Below, one piece after another: positions 40,898 through 50,961 of a DNA stretch of 64,000 nucleotides; the stretch's first letter is position 1; every line of letters begins with the position of its first letter. Both the position numbers and the translations under genes were made by a program. The DNA lies in contig JAZDJN010000095.1 of NCBI GenBank assembly GCA_043803945.1, forward strand, positions 72,542 to 136,541. Direction: 5' to 3'. The notes beneath the pieces were generated by a model. It was not told where the DNA came from, ran no database searches, and saw nothing but the letters and a program-made list of their open reading frames with translations. The DNA is from a bacterium. GTDB lineage: Bacteria; Bacteroidota; Ignavibacteria; UBA10030.

Positions 40898-41854
40898 CTA
40901 AGGCTCTTGCTTCAGAATGTATGCACCCCTGGTATTGATTCGCGAAAGGACAACATCGCTTGCAATGCCGGTTGCCGAGAGAAACGTGTGCGCCATAAGA
41001 GAACCGATATGCCTTGCTTTTCGGAATGAGGACGTAACGGCGAACACAGAGGGACCCGAGCCGGAGATTGTGCAGCCGTAGGCGCCGGCATTGAGTGCCG
41101 CTTCTTTGACTTCGTGGAAACCGGGAATCAAGTTTCCGCGTACGGGTTCAACGATCTGATCTTCAACACAGGTTCCGACAAGCCTTGGATCTCCTGTTGC
41201 TAATCCAACAGTTAAACCGCTGATGTTACCCCACTGATGGATTGCCATCTCCAGGGTAATAGCCTTGGGGAGAATATTGCGAGCGGCTTCGGTTCGTACC
41301 GAAAGATGTGGATGAACGACAACCCAAACGATGGAATTCACAATCGGGATTTCAATGACATCCAGAGGAGAATAACTTCGGATGAGGCATGCCCCCCCGA
41401 GAAGCGATGGTGCGGCATTGTCGGCATGGGGAGATCCCGACGCCTTCCGTTCTCCCTCAACCGCAAACCGTAACAGTTCTTTTTTCTTGAATGGTTTTTG
41501 AAGCAGCGCATTGACCGCGACGACGGACGCGACACTGCTCGCAGCAGAGCTTCCGAGTCCCGATCCCAGTGGCATCTTTTTATGGAGAACCATAGAGATC
41601 CCGAACGGGGGCTTAAATTCTTCCAGCATAAGTTGTGCAACATGAGCAGCGACATTGGATAGGGGATTGACAGGAACGTCCGGGATCGTTGTGTGAACAG
41701 AGAACGCGAGGCCCGGTTGTTCCCGGCGCTGTGCAACAACAACATCGCCCGGGCGGTCGATGGCAATACCCAGCACATCAAATCCTGAGCCGAGGTTTGC
41801 TATTGTTGCCGGCGCAAAGACCTTAACGCTTCGTCTCTTCCATTGTTTTGTCAT
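40898..41854 (-). CDS. thrB: Homoserine kinase
   Basis: APATIANLGSGFD, PLGSGLGSSAAS, HADN and ISGSGPS motifs. Confidence 0.96.
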   Translation of the reverse strand: MTKQWKRRSVKVFAPATIANLGSGFDVLGIAIDRPGDVVVAQRREQPGLAFSVHTTIPDVPVNPLSNVAAHVAQLMLEEFKPPFGISMVLHKKMPLGSGLGSSAASSVASVVAVNALLQKPFKKKELLRFAVEGERKASGSPHADNAAPSLLGGACLIRSYSPLDVIEIPIVNSIVWVVVHPHLSVRTEAARNILPKAITLEMAIHQWGNISGLTVGLATGDPRLVGTCVEDQIVEPVRGNLIPGFHEVKEAALNAGAYGCTISGSGPSVFAVTSSFRKARHIGSLMAHTFLSATGIASDVVLSRINTRGAYILKQEP

Positions 41855-41871
41855 GAACACCTATTGTTTGT

Positions 41872-41940
41872 TACACGAAGTTCCACGAAGAAGCCACGAA
41901 GCTACACGAAGAAGCCACGAAGCTACACGAAGAAACACAA
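41872..41940. repeat. Tandem CACGAAG-core repeats (10-11-bp units) between thrA and thrB
   Basis: Six CACGAAG cores, including a perfect 21-bp duplication AAGCCACGAAGCTACACGAAG (41891-41932). Confidence 0.85.
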
Positions 41941-41948
41941 AAAGAATT

Positions 41949-44411
41949 CTAAAATGGAAGATAATGTAACAATTTCAGCAAATCTGAAAACACACCCATC
42001 GCTGTTACATCCGCACCGGCTCCCGGCCCTTGCACAACGAGCGGTGTTCGGGCATACCGGTGTGTTGTAAAGGCGATACTGTTATCGCTGCCCTTGGTTG
42101 ATGCGAGAGGGTGATTCAGGGGAACTTCCCGCAGTCCCGCAAAGGCCTTCTTCCCCTGGAACGTACCGACGTAGCGAAGCACGGCCCCACGTACCCGCGC
42201 TTGTTCCAATCGTTTTTGGATGACGGCATCGTACTGTGCCAGACATGTGAAGAACGATTTTGAAAACTTACCTTTCCGCAGCAATTCAGGGACAAGATTT
42301 TCAACTTCGATATCTTCCATTTCCATCTTGAGCCCCAGTTGCCGCGCAAGAATAAGCAGCTTGCGGGCGACGTCGTCGCCGGACAAATCTTCACGCGGAT
42401 CCGGTTCTGTAAATCCAAGCTGATGTGCCTGTTGGAGAAAGACGCTAAAGGGCCGGGTTCCATCGAACATGTTGAAGAGATAACTCAGGGTTCCAGAAAA
42501 CATTCCTTCCACTTTCACGATTTCATCGCCGCTGGCAATCAGGTCGTTCATCGTTGAAATGATCGGCAGGCCGGCACCGACATTTGCTTCGTAAAGAAAA
42601 TATTTTTGCCGCGTTTTCAGCAGATCCATTAACGAACTGTAGCGATCCCATGGAAGAACATTGGCCCGTTTATTCGGTGTAATGATATGGAGGTTCGCCT
42701 TCACATAATCGGCATACGAATCGACGACGGCGCTGCTTGCCGTACAATCGATGAGTGCCGCATTAGTAAGTCCCAGTTGAGCAACCCTGCGAGTAATCTC
42801 CCGGTGGTCGGAATAACGGGGTGCCTGATCGAGCTCTTCGCGCCAGCTTGTCAAATCAATACCATCCGGCGAAAGCACAAACCGTTTACTGTTTGCGATG
42901 CCGCACACCCGCACGTTGTATCCATGCTCGCGCAAATACTGGTGCTGCTGATGGAGCTGGCGCAGGAAGGTGCTTCCGATATTGCCAACGCCCACGAGAA
43001 CCACGGCGAGCGATTTTCGTTGTTCAAAGAAGGCCTCATGGATAACATTCAACGCCCTGTTTCGTTCCTTTGCACTGATCACAAAGGAAATATTCCGCTC
43101 TGTTGCTCCCTGTGCTATGGCTGTGATGTTGATGTTGTTCTGCCCGAGTGCCTGGAAGACTTTTCCCGAAACACCGGGAGTCTGTTTCATTCCTTCACCG
43201 ACAATCGCAATGATCGATTGATCATGTCGTTCGTCAAGGGAGGTGAGTTGATTGTGGAGTTCATATTGAAACTCGTGGAGCACCGCTTTGCGGGCAAGGG
43301 GGGCCTGTGCCTGCGGTACGGCGAAGCACAGTGTGTGTTCTGAAGATGCCTGAGCGATTAGCAATGCGTTAATGCTTTGCGATCCCAGCGCTCTAAACAA
43401 TCGTTCGGCCCGGCCGGGGACACCCGCCATACTCATTCCCCTTAGCGTCAACAGGCAGATGTGGTCGACCGAGGTAATGCCCTTCGCAACACCCTTCCAC
43501 TCTTTTGCTTCGGCGGTGATGAGCGTTCCGGGTGCGGTGGGATTCATTGTGTTTTTTATGAGGATGGGGATGCGGCGCGCAACAGCCGGAGCAATGGTTG
43601 CCGAATGCAGCACCTTTGCACCAAAAAAGGACAACTCCATTGCCTCTTCATAGGAAAGATGAGGAAGAACAAAAGCCGAGGGTACCGTCCGTGGATCGGC
43701 ACTGAGAATTCCGTCAACATCTGTCCAGATTTCGATCATCGAAACATTCAATGCAGCACCAATGATCGCGGCCGTATAGTCCGAGCCATTCCGGCCGATT
43801 GTTGTTGTCCGGCCATCTTCCGTTGAGGCAATAAATCCTGTGATGATCGGTGTTGTGGTCCGGCCGGCGGAGGCGAAGAGCTTCTTAAAAAAGGATCGAA
43901 TCTTTACGTTTGTCTCTTCGAACATGACAGCGGCATGCGTAAAATGATCGTCGGTGACAATGAGTTGCCGTGCATCAGCAACGCAAGCCGGTTGATAGTG
44001 CCGGAGATGTGCTGCGATGATGGTCGCAGAGAGCCGCTCTCCAAAACTGGCAATCAGATCAAGCGTTCTTGGCGGGCAGTAGCGAAGGAGAAATGATCCG
44101 TGAAGAATGTCTTGAAGTTCATGAAGCAAGCCGTCAACGATGACATGCACCTGTTTGCGGCTTTTCTTTTGTACTAACTGCTCGACCGCTTCGGCATGCC
44201 GTGTGACGATCTCCTGGTACAGATCCTGATAGTGATTATTTCCCTGCTCGGCAAGGCGGGCACATTCCAGAAGCTGGTTTGTTATGCCCTGAAACGCGGA
44301 GACAACGACCAGCACTCGTTCCTTTCGTGCTACCGAGCGGACAATACGTGTAACATCCCTGATACGATCGGGAGACGAGACAGAGGAACCGCCAAACTTC
44401 AATACTTTCAT
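41949..44411 (-). CDS. thrA: Bifunctional aspartate kinase/homoserine dehydrogenase I
   Basis: MKVLKFGGSS, GRNGSDYTAA, ACT domains, GVGNIG, YEANVGAGLP, EPDPREDLSG and GPGAG motifs. Confidence 0.97.
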   Translation of the reverse strand: MKVLKFGGSSVSSPDRIRDVTRIVRSVARKERVLVVVSAFQGITNQLLECARLAEQGNNHYQDLYQEIVTRHAEAVEQLVQKKSRKQVHVIVDGLLHELQDILHGSFLLRYCPPRTLDLIASFGERLSATIIAAHLRHYQPACVADARQLIVTDDHFTHAAVMFEETNVKIRSFFKKLFASAGRTTTPIITGFIASTEDGRTTTIGRNGSDYTAAIIGAALNVSMIEIWTDVDGILSADPRTVPSAFVLPHLSYEEAMELSFFGAKVLHSATIAPAVARRIPILIKNTMNPTAPGTLITAEAKEWKGVAKGITSVDHICLLTLRGMSMAGVPGRAERLFRALGSQSINALLIAQASSEHTLCFAVPQAQAPLARKAVLHEFQYELHNQLTSLDERHDQSIIAIVGEGMKQTPGVSGKVFQALGQNNINITAIAQGATERNISFVISAKERNRALNVIHEAFFEQRKSLAVVLVGVGNIGSTFLRQLHQQHQYLREHGYNVRVCGIANSKRFVLSPDGIDLTSWREELDQAPRYSDHREITRRVAQLGLTNAALIDCTASSAVVDSYADYVKANLHIITPNKRANVLPWDRYSSLMDLLKTRQKYFLYEANVGAGLPIISTMNDLIASGDEIVKVEGMFSGTLSYLFNMFDGTRPFSVFLQQAHQLGFTEPDPREDLSGDDVARKLLILARQLGLKMEMEDIEVENLVPELLRKGKFSKSFFTCLAQYDAVIQKRLEQARVRGAVLRYVGTFQGKKAFAGLREVPLNHPLASTKGSDNSIAFTTHRYARTPLVVQGPGAGADVTAMGVFSDLLKLLHYLPF

Positions 44412-44459
44412 ACAACAATCCATCAATAATGAATAATGAGGTTAATTCTGAGCGGCTTA

Positions 44460-45296
44460 TCATTTGGTGTGCAAAGTTGACGGCTGCTCCAACTGAAACC
44501 GCTCCATGGTTGGCAAGGAGGTCAGGACGAAAACCTCTTCAAGCTTAATAAAATCAACCGCTGAATTCAACACCACATTCTTGAAGAGAGAGCCGGGAGG
44601 TTCCTGTACGTCGGTCACAATGCCAACGCGAAGATCTGCAGGATAAGTACTGCTATATGCTGTGGTCAGAACAAGATCGCCAACAATCACATCGGCCTTT
44701 TTGGTAACATTCTTGAGGATGAGCGACGTTCCATCCCATGCAATGATTCCGTCAACACGGCTTCGCTGCACCTTAACACTTGCGCGAAAATCGGTATTCA
44801 GGAGAATCCGTACAACAGAAAAATGATCAGTACAATGCGCAACGACGCCGACAAGTCCGCCAATGCCAACCACAGGCATTTTTTCTTCGATGCCGTCGGC
44901 ACGCCCGACATTCAGCGTTATGGTATTGCGCAGGAGCGACAGGTTCTTATTGACAACAGAAGCGGCGATAGCCCGGTACTGGGAAAATTCTTTCAATTGG
45001 AGAAGCTGGCGGAGCCGGATGTTTTCGAGGCGAGCCTCGCGCAATTGATTTACCTCATCGGCAAGATCAATGTTGAGTTTTCGCAACAGGGCATTCTCGG
45101 ATTTCAAACCAAAGTATTGCGGAATGAAGGCAAACTGGTTTTGTACAACGCCAAAGGCAATAGTGGTAACGCTGCGGATATGGCGAACCTGAAGATTGTC
45201 GTTAAAGACAAGGAGAAGCAATGAGAGCAGAATTAATCCTGCCAGAATCGCATATTCTTTAAAGAGAAGAATATAATTATAGAGTCGTTGAAACAT
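44460..45296 (-). CDS. mreC: Rod shape-determining protein MreC
   Basis: N-terminal TM, coiled coil (ENALLR, ENIRLRQLL), GLVG; follows mreB. Confidence 0.93.
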   Translation of the reverse strand: MFQRLYNYILLFKEYAILAGLILLSLLLLVFNDNLQVRHIRSVTTIAFGVVQNQFAFIPQYFGLKSENALLRKLNIDLADEVNQLREARLENIRLRQLLQLKEFSQYRAIAASVVNKNLSLLRNTITLNVGRADGIEEKMPVVGIGGLVGVVAHCTDHFSVVRILLNTDFRASVKVQRSRVDGIIAWDGTSLILKNVTKKADVIVGDLVLTTAYSSTYPADLRVGIVTDVQEPPGSLFKNVVLNSAVDFIKLEEVFVLTSLPTMERFQLEQPSTLHTK

Positions 45297-45393
45297 AGTT
45301 GCCTTGTCCGGCGACAGGAGATCGTCACTTCGTTAGAACGTTTGGGAAGAACGCGTCTGAAGCTGCGATCCGTATCGTTGTCGCCCCCGATCT

Positions 45394-46419
45394 TTAATAG
45401 CGCTTACTCTTGATGAGCACCTTGGAAAAATGTTTCAGGTCCTCCAGCACTTTTCCGGTTCCACGAACAACGACGGTAAGCGGATCATCGGCAACATGGA
45501 TTGGGAGATTGGTTTCCAGGCGAAGCCGCTCATCCAGTCCTTTTAACAATGCCCCTCCGCCGGTGAGCATGATTCCCCGGTCCAGAATGTCGGCCGACAG
45601 CTCGGGAGGCGTGCGCTCCAATGTGATTTTTGTCGCTTCAACAATTTGCGCAATCGGTTCGTTGAGGGCATCACGAATTTCCACAGAGCTGACTTCAGTT
45701 GTCTTTGGCACCCCGTTCACCAGGTCGCGGCCTTTGACCTGAATGGTGATTTCTTCCTTCAACGGCATGGCGGAACCGACCTCGCATTTTATGGCTTCGG
45801 CTGTCCGCTCGCCAATGAGAATGTTGTGGTTCCGTTTAAAGAACAGGACGATCGCGTTATTCATCTCATCGCCGGCAACGCGAATCGATTCTTCGTTAAC
45901 AATTCCGGAAAGCGCAATGACCGCAATCTCCGTCGTTCCACCTCCGATATCGACAATCATGTTGCCAACCGGAGCATCAACATCGAGGCCGATACCAATT
46001 GCCGAGGACATGGGCTCGGCGATCAAATGCACTTCTTTTGCGCCGGCATGTTCTGCAGCGTCGCGTACGGCACGTTTCTCGACCTCGGTTATACCGGAGG
46101 GAACCGACACCACAATACGACGGCTCGGCACCCACCCCACACTGATTTTCTTGATGAACTCGCGCAGCATCCCTTCGGCAATTTCGAAGTCGGCAATAAC
46201 GCCATCCTTCATAGGACGGATGGTACGGATATCGCGGTGGGTGCGGCCCAGCATCTCACGAGCTTCATGGCCAATCGCAATGATCTTCTTGGTGTTCCGA
46301 TCGAATGCGACGATGGATGGTTCATTTAAAACAATTCCCTTGCCTTTCATCCAGATCACAGTGTTTGCTGTGCCCAGATCGACGGCAATGTCTGCAGAAA
46401 AAAGAGAGAAAAGACCCAT
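45394..46419 (-). CDS. mreB: Actin-like protein MreB
   Basis: DLGTANT, DGVIADF, DIGGGTTE and LTGGGALL motifs. Confidence 0.98.
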   Translation of the reverse strand: MGLFSLFSADIAVDLGTANTVIWMKGKGIVLNEPSIVAFDRNTKKIIAIGHEAREMLGRTHRDIRTIRPMKDGVIADFEIAEGMLREFIKKISVGWVPSRRIVVSVPSGITEVEKRAVRDAAEHAGAKEVHLIAEPMSSAIGIGLDVDAPVGNMIVDIGGGTTEIAVIALSGIVNEESIRVAGDEMNNAIVLFFKRNHNILIGERTAEAIKCEVGSAMPLKEEITIQVKGRDLVNGVPKTTEVSSVEIRDALNEPIAQIVEATKITLERTPPELSADILDRGIMLTGGGALLKGLDERLRLETNLPIHVADDPLTVVVRGTGKVLEDLKHFSKVLIKSKRY

Positions 46420-46458
46420 AGAATTAATAGTTCTCTATCGTGATATGATAACGTATCC

Positions 46459-47997
46459 TCAATGTCTGAAATGCCGCACGCCTGTAAACACCATGGCAAC
46501 GCCATGCTCGTCGGCAGCTTTGATTACCTCGTCGTCGCGGATCGATCCGCCTGGTTGAATAACCGCCCGTGCGCCTCCCTTGATCGCCTCCAGCAAACCA
46601 TCGGCAAATGGGAAGAAGGCATCCGAGGCAACAACACAATCCCGGAGGTTAAGCCCCGCCTCTCCGGCCTTCCCAACGGCAATCTTTGCAGAATCCACCC
46701 TTGACATCTGTCCTGCACCAATACCGAGTGTGCGATCCTTACCGGTATAGACGATGGCGTTCGATTTTACATGTTTTGCAACACGCCATGCAAACAATAG
46801 ACCTTCAATTTCCTCTTCGGTCGGTTTTCGTTTTGTGACGGGAGTGAGCTGTTCGCGGGTGATCCGGTGGCGATCCTGATCCTGCAATAGGATTCCCGCG
46901 ATGACACCGCGCACATCGAACTCTTTCACCGACCGGATATCGACCATCTGTTGAACCAGTCGCCGGTCTTTCTTTTTCATCATCAGATCGAGCACAGCAT
47001 TCAGGAATGCCGGCGCGACAACAACTTCTGTAAAGATCTCGTTGATCAGTTCCGCGGTCTTCAGATCTAACGGACGGTTGACGACAATAATTCCGCCAAA
47101 GGCCGACTTGGGATCTGTCGCAAGCGCTTTCTTGTACGCTTCAACAAGCGACTCATCAGAGCCGACACCACAAGGATTATTGTGCTTGACGATGACTGCG
47201 GTTGGTTTATCGAATTCGGAACAGAGGAGTGCCGCCGAGTTAATATCAAGAATGTTATTATAGGAAAGTTCCTTCCCGTGCAGCTTCTTAAAGCAGGAGG
47301 AAAATTTTCCGTAGAGGGCAGCGGTCTGATGAGGATTCTCTCCATAGCGGAGCGGCTCTGCTTTCTGCATGGAGATCGTCACAACGTCCGGTAACCGGCC
47401 GGTAGACTGGAGTGACGCGAAATAGACAGCAATAACAGTATCGTACGATGCGGTATGCTGGAAGGCTTCACGCGCAAGTTCGAAGCGAAGCGCCGGTGTC
47501 AATGCGCCCTCATGGGCAGAGAGGTCGTTGAGAATCTCGGTGTATCGTGCTGGATTGACGACGACCGCAGTGTGGCGATAATTCTTTGCGGCGGCACGAA
47601 GCATCGAAGAGCCCCCAATATCAATTTGCTCGATGGCTTCCTCGAGCGTTACCTCTTCGCGCTCAATGGTTTTTTCAAACGGATAAAGATTGACGACAAC
47701 AAGATCGATGGGTGTGATATGATGATCATGCAGTTGTTTGACGTGCAGCGGATTATCGAGTGCCGCAAGAATGCCGGCATGAATCGCCGGGTGTAATGTC
47801 TTCACTCTGCCATCAAGAATTTCGGGGAAGCCGGTAATCTCCGAGACCTGCTTTACTGCAATACCAGCATCGCTTAAGGCCTGATAGGTGCCGCCTGTTG
47901 AAATAATTTCGACGTTGAACGATCGCAGCACGCGGGCCAATTCCAGGACGCCGCGTTTGTCCGAGACACTGATCAACGCACGACGAACGGTTAGCAT
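46459..47997 (-). CDS. purH: Bifunctional AICAR transformylase/IMP cyclohydrolase
   Basis: RALISVSDK, GRVKTLHP, YGENPHQ and C-terminal RHFRH; RBS before ATG 47997. Confidence 0.98.
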   Translation of the reverse strand: MLTVRRALISVSDKRGVLELARVLRSFNVEIISTGGTYQALSDAGIAVKQVSEITGFPEILDGRVKTLHPAIHAGILAALDNPLHVKQLHDHHITPIDLVVVNLYPFEKTIEREEVTLEEAIEQIDIGGSSMLRAAAKNYRHTAVVVNPARYTEILNDLSAHEGALTPALRFELAREAFQHTASYDTVIAVYFASLQSTGRLPDVVTISMQKAEPLRYGENPHQTAALYGKFSSCFKKLHGKELSYNNILDINSAALLCSEFDKPTAVIVKHNNPCGVGSDESLVEAYKKALATDPKSAFGGIIVVNRPLDLKTAELINEIFTEVVVAPAFLNAVLDLMMKKKDRRLVQQMVDIRSVKEFDVRGVIAGILLQDQDRHRITREQLTPVTKRKPTEEEIEGLLFAWRVAKHVKSNAIVYTGKDRTLGIGAGQMSRVDSAKIAVGKAGEAGLNLRDCVVASDAFFPFADGLLEAIKGGARAVIQPGGSIRDDEVIKAADEHGVAMVFTGVRHFRH

Positions 47998-48047
47998 GGG
48001 AATCTCCTTTGTGGCCGGATGGATATGCAGTTCAAACGTTGGTACTT

Positions 48048-48698
48048 TTAATTCGGTGATTGTATCCACACAGCCCTTTCGCTGAAACGAACTCTCTGTT
48101 CTGCAAATGCTCGCAACGCTTCCGAATAAATCTTATGCTCGACCTTCAGGATTTTTGCTGCAAGTGTTGCCGGGGTATCGTGCTCTTCTACCGGAACCAC
48201 TCCTTGAAGGACAATGTGTCCCCGGTCATATTCTTCGTCGACAAGATGAACCGTTGCGCCGCTGAATTTTGCCCCGGATGCAATCACGGATTCATGAACA
48301 AAATGTCCGTACATCCCCTTACCGCCAAATCCCGGGAGCAAGGCTGGATGGATATTCAGAATCCGGTTTCGATAGGCCTGGATTACACGCACCGGAATCT
48401 TTTTCATATATCCAGCCAGCGCAATCAGATCTGTGTTATGGTCATCCAGTACACAGAGCAGTTTGTTGACGAAGAGTTCTTCATCGGCAAACTGCTGCTG
48501 ACTGATATGATAAGCAGGAATTGCATGCTCGTGCGCAATCTCAATCGCGCCGGCGCTCGAATTGTTACTTATTAGTAGAGAGACTCGGGCCGGGAGTGTA
48601 CCTTGTTGAATTGCATTGAGAATTGCCGAAAAATTAGAGCCACGTCCTGACACAAAAACGGCAATGTTCATCGACGAATTGAGTAACGACATTAACAA
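48048..48698 (-). CDS. purN: Phosphoribosylglycinamide formyltransferase (start may be 48671)
   Basis: SGRGSN, LAGYM, NIHPALLP and SGATVH motifs. Confidence 0.96.
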   Translation of the reverse strand: MLMSLLNSSMNIAVFVSGRGSNFSAILNAIQQGTLPARVSLLISNNSSAGAIEIAHEHAIPAYHISQQQFADEELFVNKLLCVLDDHNTDLIALAGYMKKIPVRVIQAYRNRILNIHPALLPGFGGKGMYGHFVHESVIASGAKFSGATVHLVDEEYDRGHIVLQGVVPVEEHDTPATLAAKILKVEHKIYSEALRAFAEQRVRFSERAVWIQSPN

Positions 48699-48992
48699 AT
48701 TCGAGCAAATGTAACGATAAGTTGAGGGAGAATCAATATGAGAACTTCATGTGGGTGTGTCTCCAATAAGGGGGGTGGTTTGTGCTGCGATAATGTTAAC
48801 AACGTAAAGCTAATGAAATATTCAAAATTGCTGGCTTGAAGAGAAATTAATTCTTATCACAATTGGTCATTTCCGATTCTTCAATTATAAGCGTTATCTA
48901 TGTCTATAAGCAATTTGAGTATCATTACTTGACGAGGATCACCATCTTCGTTTGAACAAATTATCGAGCTTGGAGCGGGTAGACATATATTC

Positions 48993-49290
48993 TTAGTACC
49001 GGATGCACCGGAAACCGCCGTTGGGATAGTTATTGCCCGGGTAGTCAAATACACCACGATAGCTAACTTGACAGTCAGATGCCCCGTACCGATATGATCC
49101 ACCACGTAACATTCGGTGTGCGCCAGAAGTCGATCCTTTCGGATTTGTCTGATACGATCCGTTATATGGTCCATACCAATCCCAGCACCACTCCCGTACA
49201 TTGCCGCTCATATCATATAAACCAAGCTCGTTCGCCCCATGGGTTGACACAGGATGGGTGTTGTAGTCCGAGGATGCCATCCTGCAGCGT
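48993..49290 (-). pseudogene. Orphan 3' fragment of an FGE-sulfatase (C-type lectin fold) gene
   Basis: THPV...ANELGLYDMSGNVREWCWDWY...RGGSY...GFRCIRY*, with no N-terminal part; upstream sequence runs into the integrase leader. Confidence 0.8.
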
Positions 49291-49404
49291 GTCGACAAGG
49301 TTATAGCTTCGGGAACGAGTTCCACGGTATGGCAAAGAAACTTGTAGTCAGTGCAGTAGATGGCATAGGCCGAACGAAATTTGAGTAGAAGGAGCGACAC
49401 TGAA

Positions 49405-50430
49405 GTGGCATCTCTTTTCAAGCGAAATAATGGGATCTACTATATCGTCTATCATGACGGGCCCCGTCGTGTGTGGATGTCCACACATACACGAACACGA
49501 GAAGAGGCTGAAGAACTGTACCGGTCACTCAAGCCATCACTAGAAGTCCCACATGTCGTCAGGCTTCAGGAATTAGCGCACCGATTTCTTAGGTATGCTG
49601 CGGTAAATTACAAAAAGGGGACGGTCAATCTTTACAGGATATCGCTGCAACGTTTCATTGCCTGCGTAGGAGACAAGCCTTTACGTTTTCTCAGCCCGAT
49701 CGATGCCGAGACTTTTAAGGAACATCTCATCCAGCAGGTTGGAAGAGTTTCGGCAAATGTTTACCTAAGAACTCTGAAAACCGCATTCAACACAGCAATT
49801 CGTCTTCGTCTGACTCAAGACAATCCTTTACAGGGGTGCAGGTTGTTCAGAATTCCGCCTAAGGATCCAGTGTATATACCAAAAGAAGATTTCGCCAAAC
49901 TGTTGGTTGCAATTCGTGATCATCGCTTTAGAAACCTTGTGCTGTTTGCTGCTCTCACAGGCATGAGAAGGGGAGAGCTCATTAGCCTTCGATGGAGCGA
50001 CATCGACCAAAGTTCCAGGTTGATACGTATCAGGAACAAAGATGATTTCACAGTGAAAGGAATGCGCTCCAGGTCAATCCCAATAAATCGGGACCTCTTC
50101 AGCCTAATCTTGAAAATGCCAAGAGAATCAGAACATGTTCTTGTGGACACGCACGGGAAACCCTATGATGGCTCATCTGTCACAAAAAAGTTCAAGCGCA
50201 TCGTACGCACATGTGGCCTTTCCGAAAAGATTCATTTTCATTCCTTGCGCCACACGTACGCATCATGGCTTGTCCAGTCAGCAACGCCCCTCGCAGAAAT
50301 TCAGAAGCTGCTCGGACACTCATCTGTCGTGACCACTCAAATCTACTCTCATCTGGAAGAAGAACATTTGCGTGGGGCAGCAGAGAAGATCCGTTTGCAC
50401 GAGTTCACCCCCAAGGGCTTCTTGAGCTGA
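49405..50430 (+). CDS. Tyrosine recombinase/integrase
   Basis: Catalytic R (TGMRRGE), K, HSLRH, LGH and Y (TQIYSH) all intact; RBS AAGGAG before GTG 49405. Confidence 0.93.
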   Translation: MASLFKRNNGIYYIVYHDGPRRVWMSTHTRTREEAEELYRSLKPSLEVPHVVRLQELAHRFLRYAAVNYKKGTVNLYRISLQRFIACVGDKPLRFLSPIDAETFKEHLIQQVGRVSANVYLRTLKTAFNTAIRLRLTQDNPLQGCRLFRIPPKDPVYIPKEDFAKLLVAIRDHRFRNLVLFAALTGMRRGELISLRWSDIDQSSRLIRIRNKDDFTVKGMRSRSIPINRDLFSLILKMPRESEHVLVDTHGKPYDGSSVTKKFKRIVRTCGLSEKIHFHSLRHTYASWLVQSATPLAEIQKLLGHSSVVTTQIYSHLEEEHLRGAAEKIRLHEFTPKGFLS

Positions 50431-50534
50431 GACGGCCCGCTCAACAAGAACGAGGACAAACCGGTTCGCGGGCCAGCATTTCTCCAAGCTTTGCCCACAT
50501 TTGTTTTCATCGCCCGGATGGCGAAATTCGCAGA

Positions 50535-50553
50535 CCTGCCTGCGGCAGGCAGG
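50535..50553. repeat. REP-like GC-rich palindrome
   Basis: CCTGCCTGC-G-GCAGGCAGG, a perfect inverted repeat. Confidence 0.6.
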
Positions 50554-50581
50554 CGCGCTAGCTTCAGGAGTGAAAACACCA

Positions 50582-50616
50582 AAAGAAAATCCCCAATGTT
50601 AGTGGGGATTTTCTTT
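50582..50616. terminator. Bidirectional terminator after the integrase
   Basis: AAAGAAAATCCCCA-atgttag-TGGGGATTTTCTTT. Confidence 0.75.
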
Positions 50617-50837
50617 GTACCCAAGCAGAAATCCTGCCAAAGTCCTACATCAAGTTGTTCATTGCAGGTTGGCCCTCCAAAATACTGGTCGCTGGTGAAT
50701 GCACACACATTCAACCAAGATCGGACTTACATAAAAGGTCTTTCTCTCTATTGCAGGTTCAAATCCGGGGCCAAAGGATGATTTGGACGAGACCTTAGTT
50801 GATGCCACAGCTAAAGCATTCAAATGATATAGATCAT

Positions 50838-50922
50838 TCACTTTCAGCCATATCATTTTCTTCGCCTCGACGAAAACACCTGCTTGTAGCCGGTAGAAAT
50901 AAACTCCGCTGGAGACGGTCAC
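50838..50922 (-). pseudogene. Orphan remnant of a T9SS C-terminal sorting domain
   Basis: VSSGVYFYRLQAGVFVEAKKMIWLK; the expected AAG TGA end reads AAA GTG A. Confidence 0.65.
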
Positions 50923-50961
50923 GTTCCGGAACCATTGACCATGATCAGCTTTCTCGCAGCC

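Noticed and set aside
39692-41029. 445-aa plus-strand ORF (and similar 271-aa and 247-aa overlapping ORFs at 45743 and 60470)
   Set aside because: These are shadow frames over well-conserved genes (thrC, mreB, VPS10 protein) with no recognisable motifs.
44412-44459. thr leader-peptide attenuator
   Set aside because: The spacer is under 50 nt, with no Thr/Ile codon run or terminator.
50750-50775. tRNA 3' end / attachment site (GCAGGTTCAAATCCGGGGCCA)
   Set aside because: Only a T-loop-like GGTTCAAATCC is present. The stem does not close, there is no cloverleaf and no second copy.
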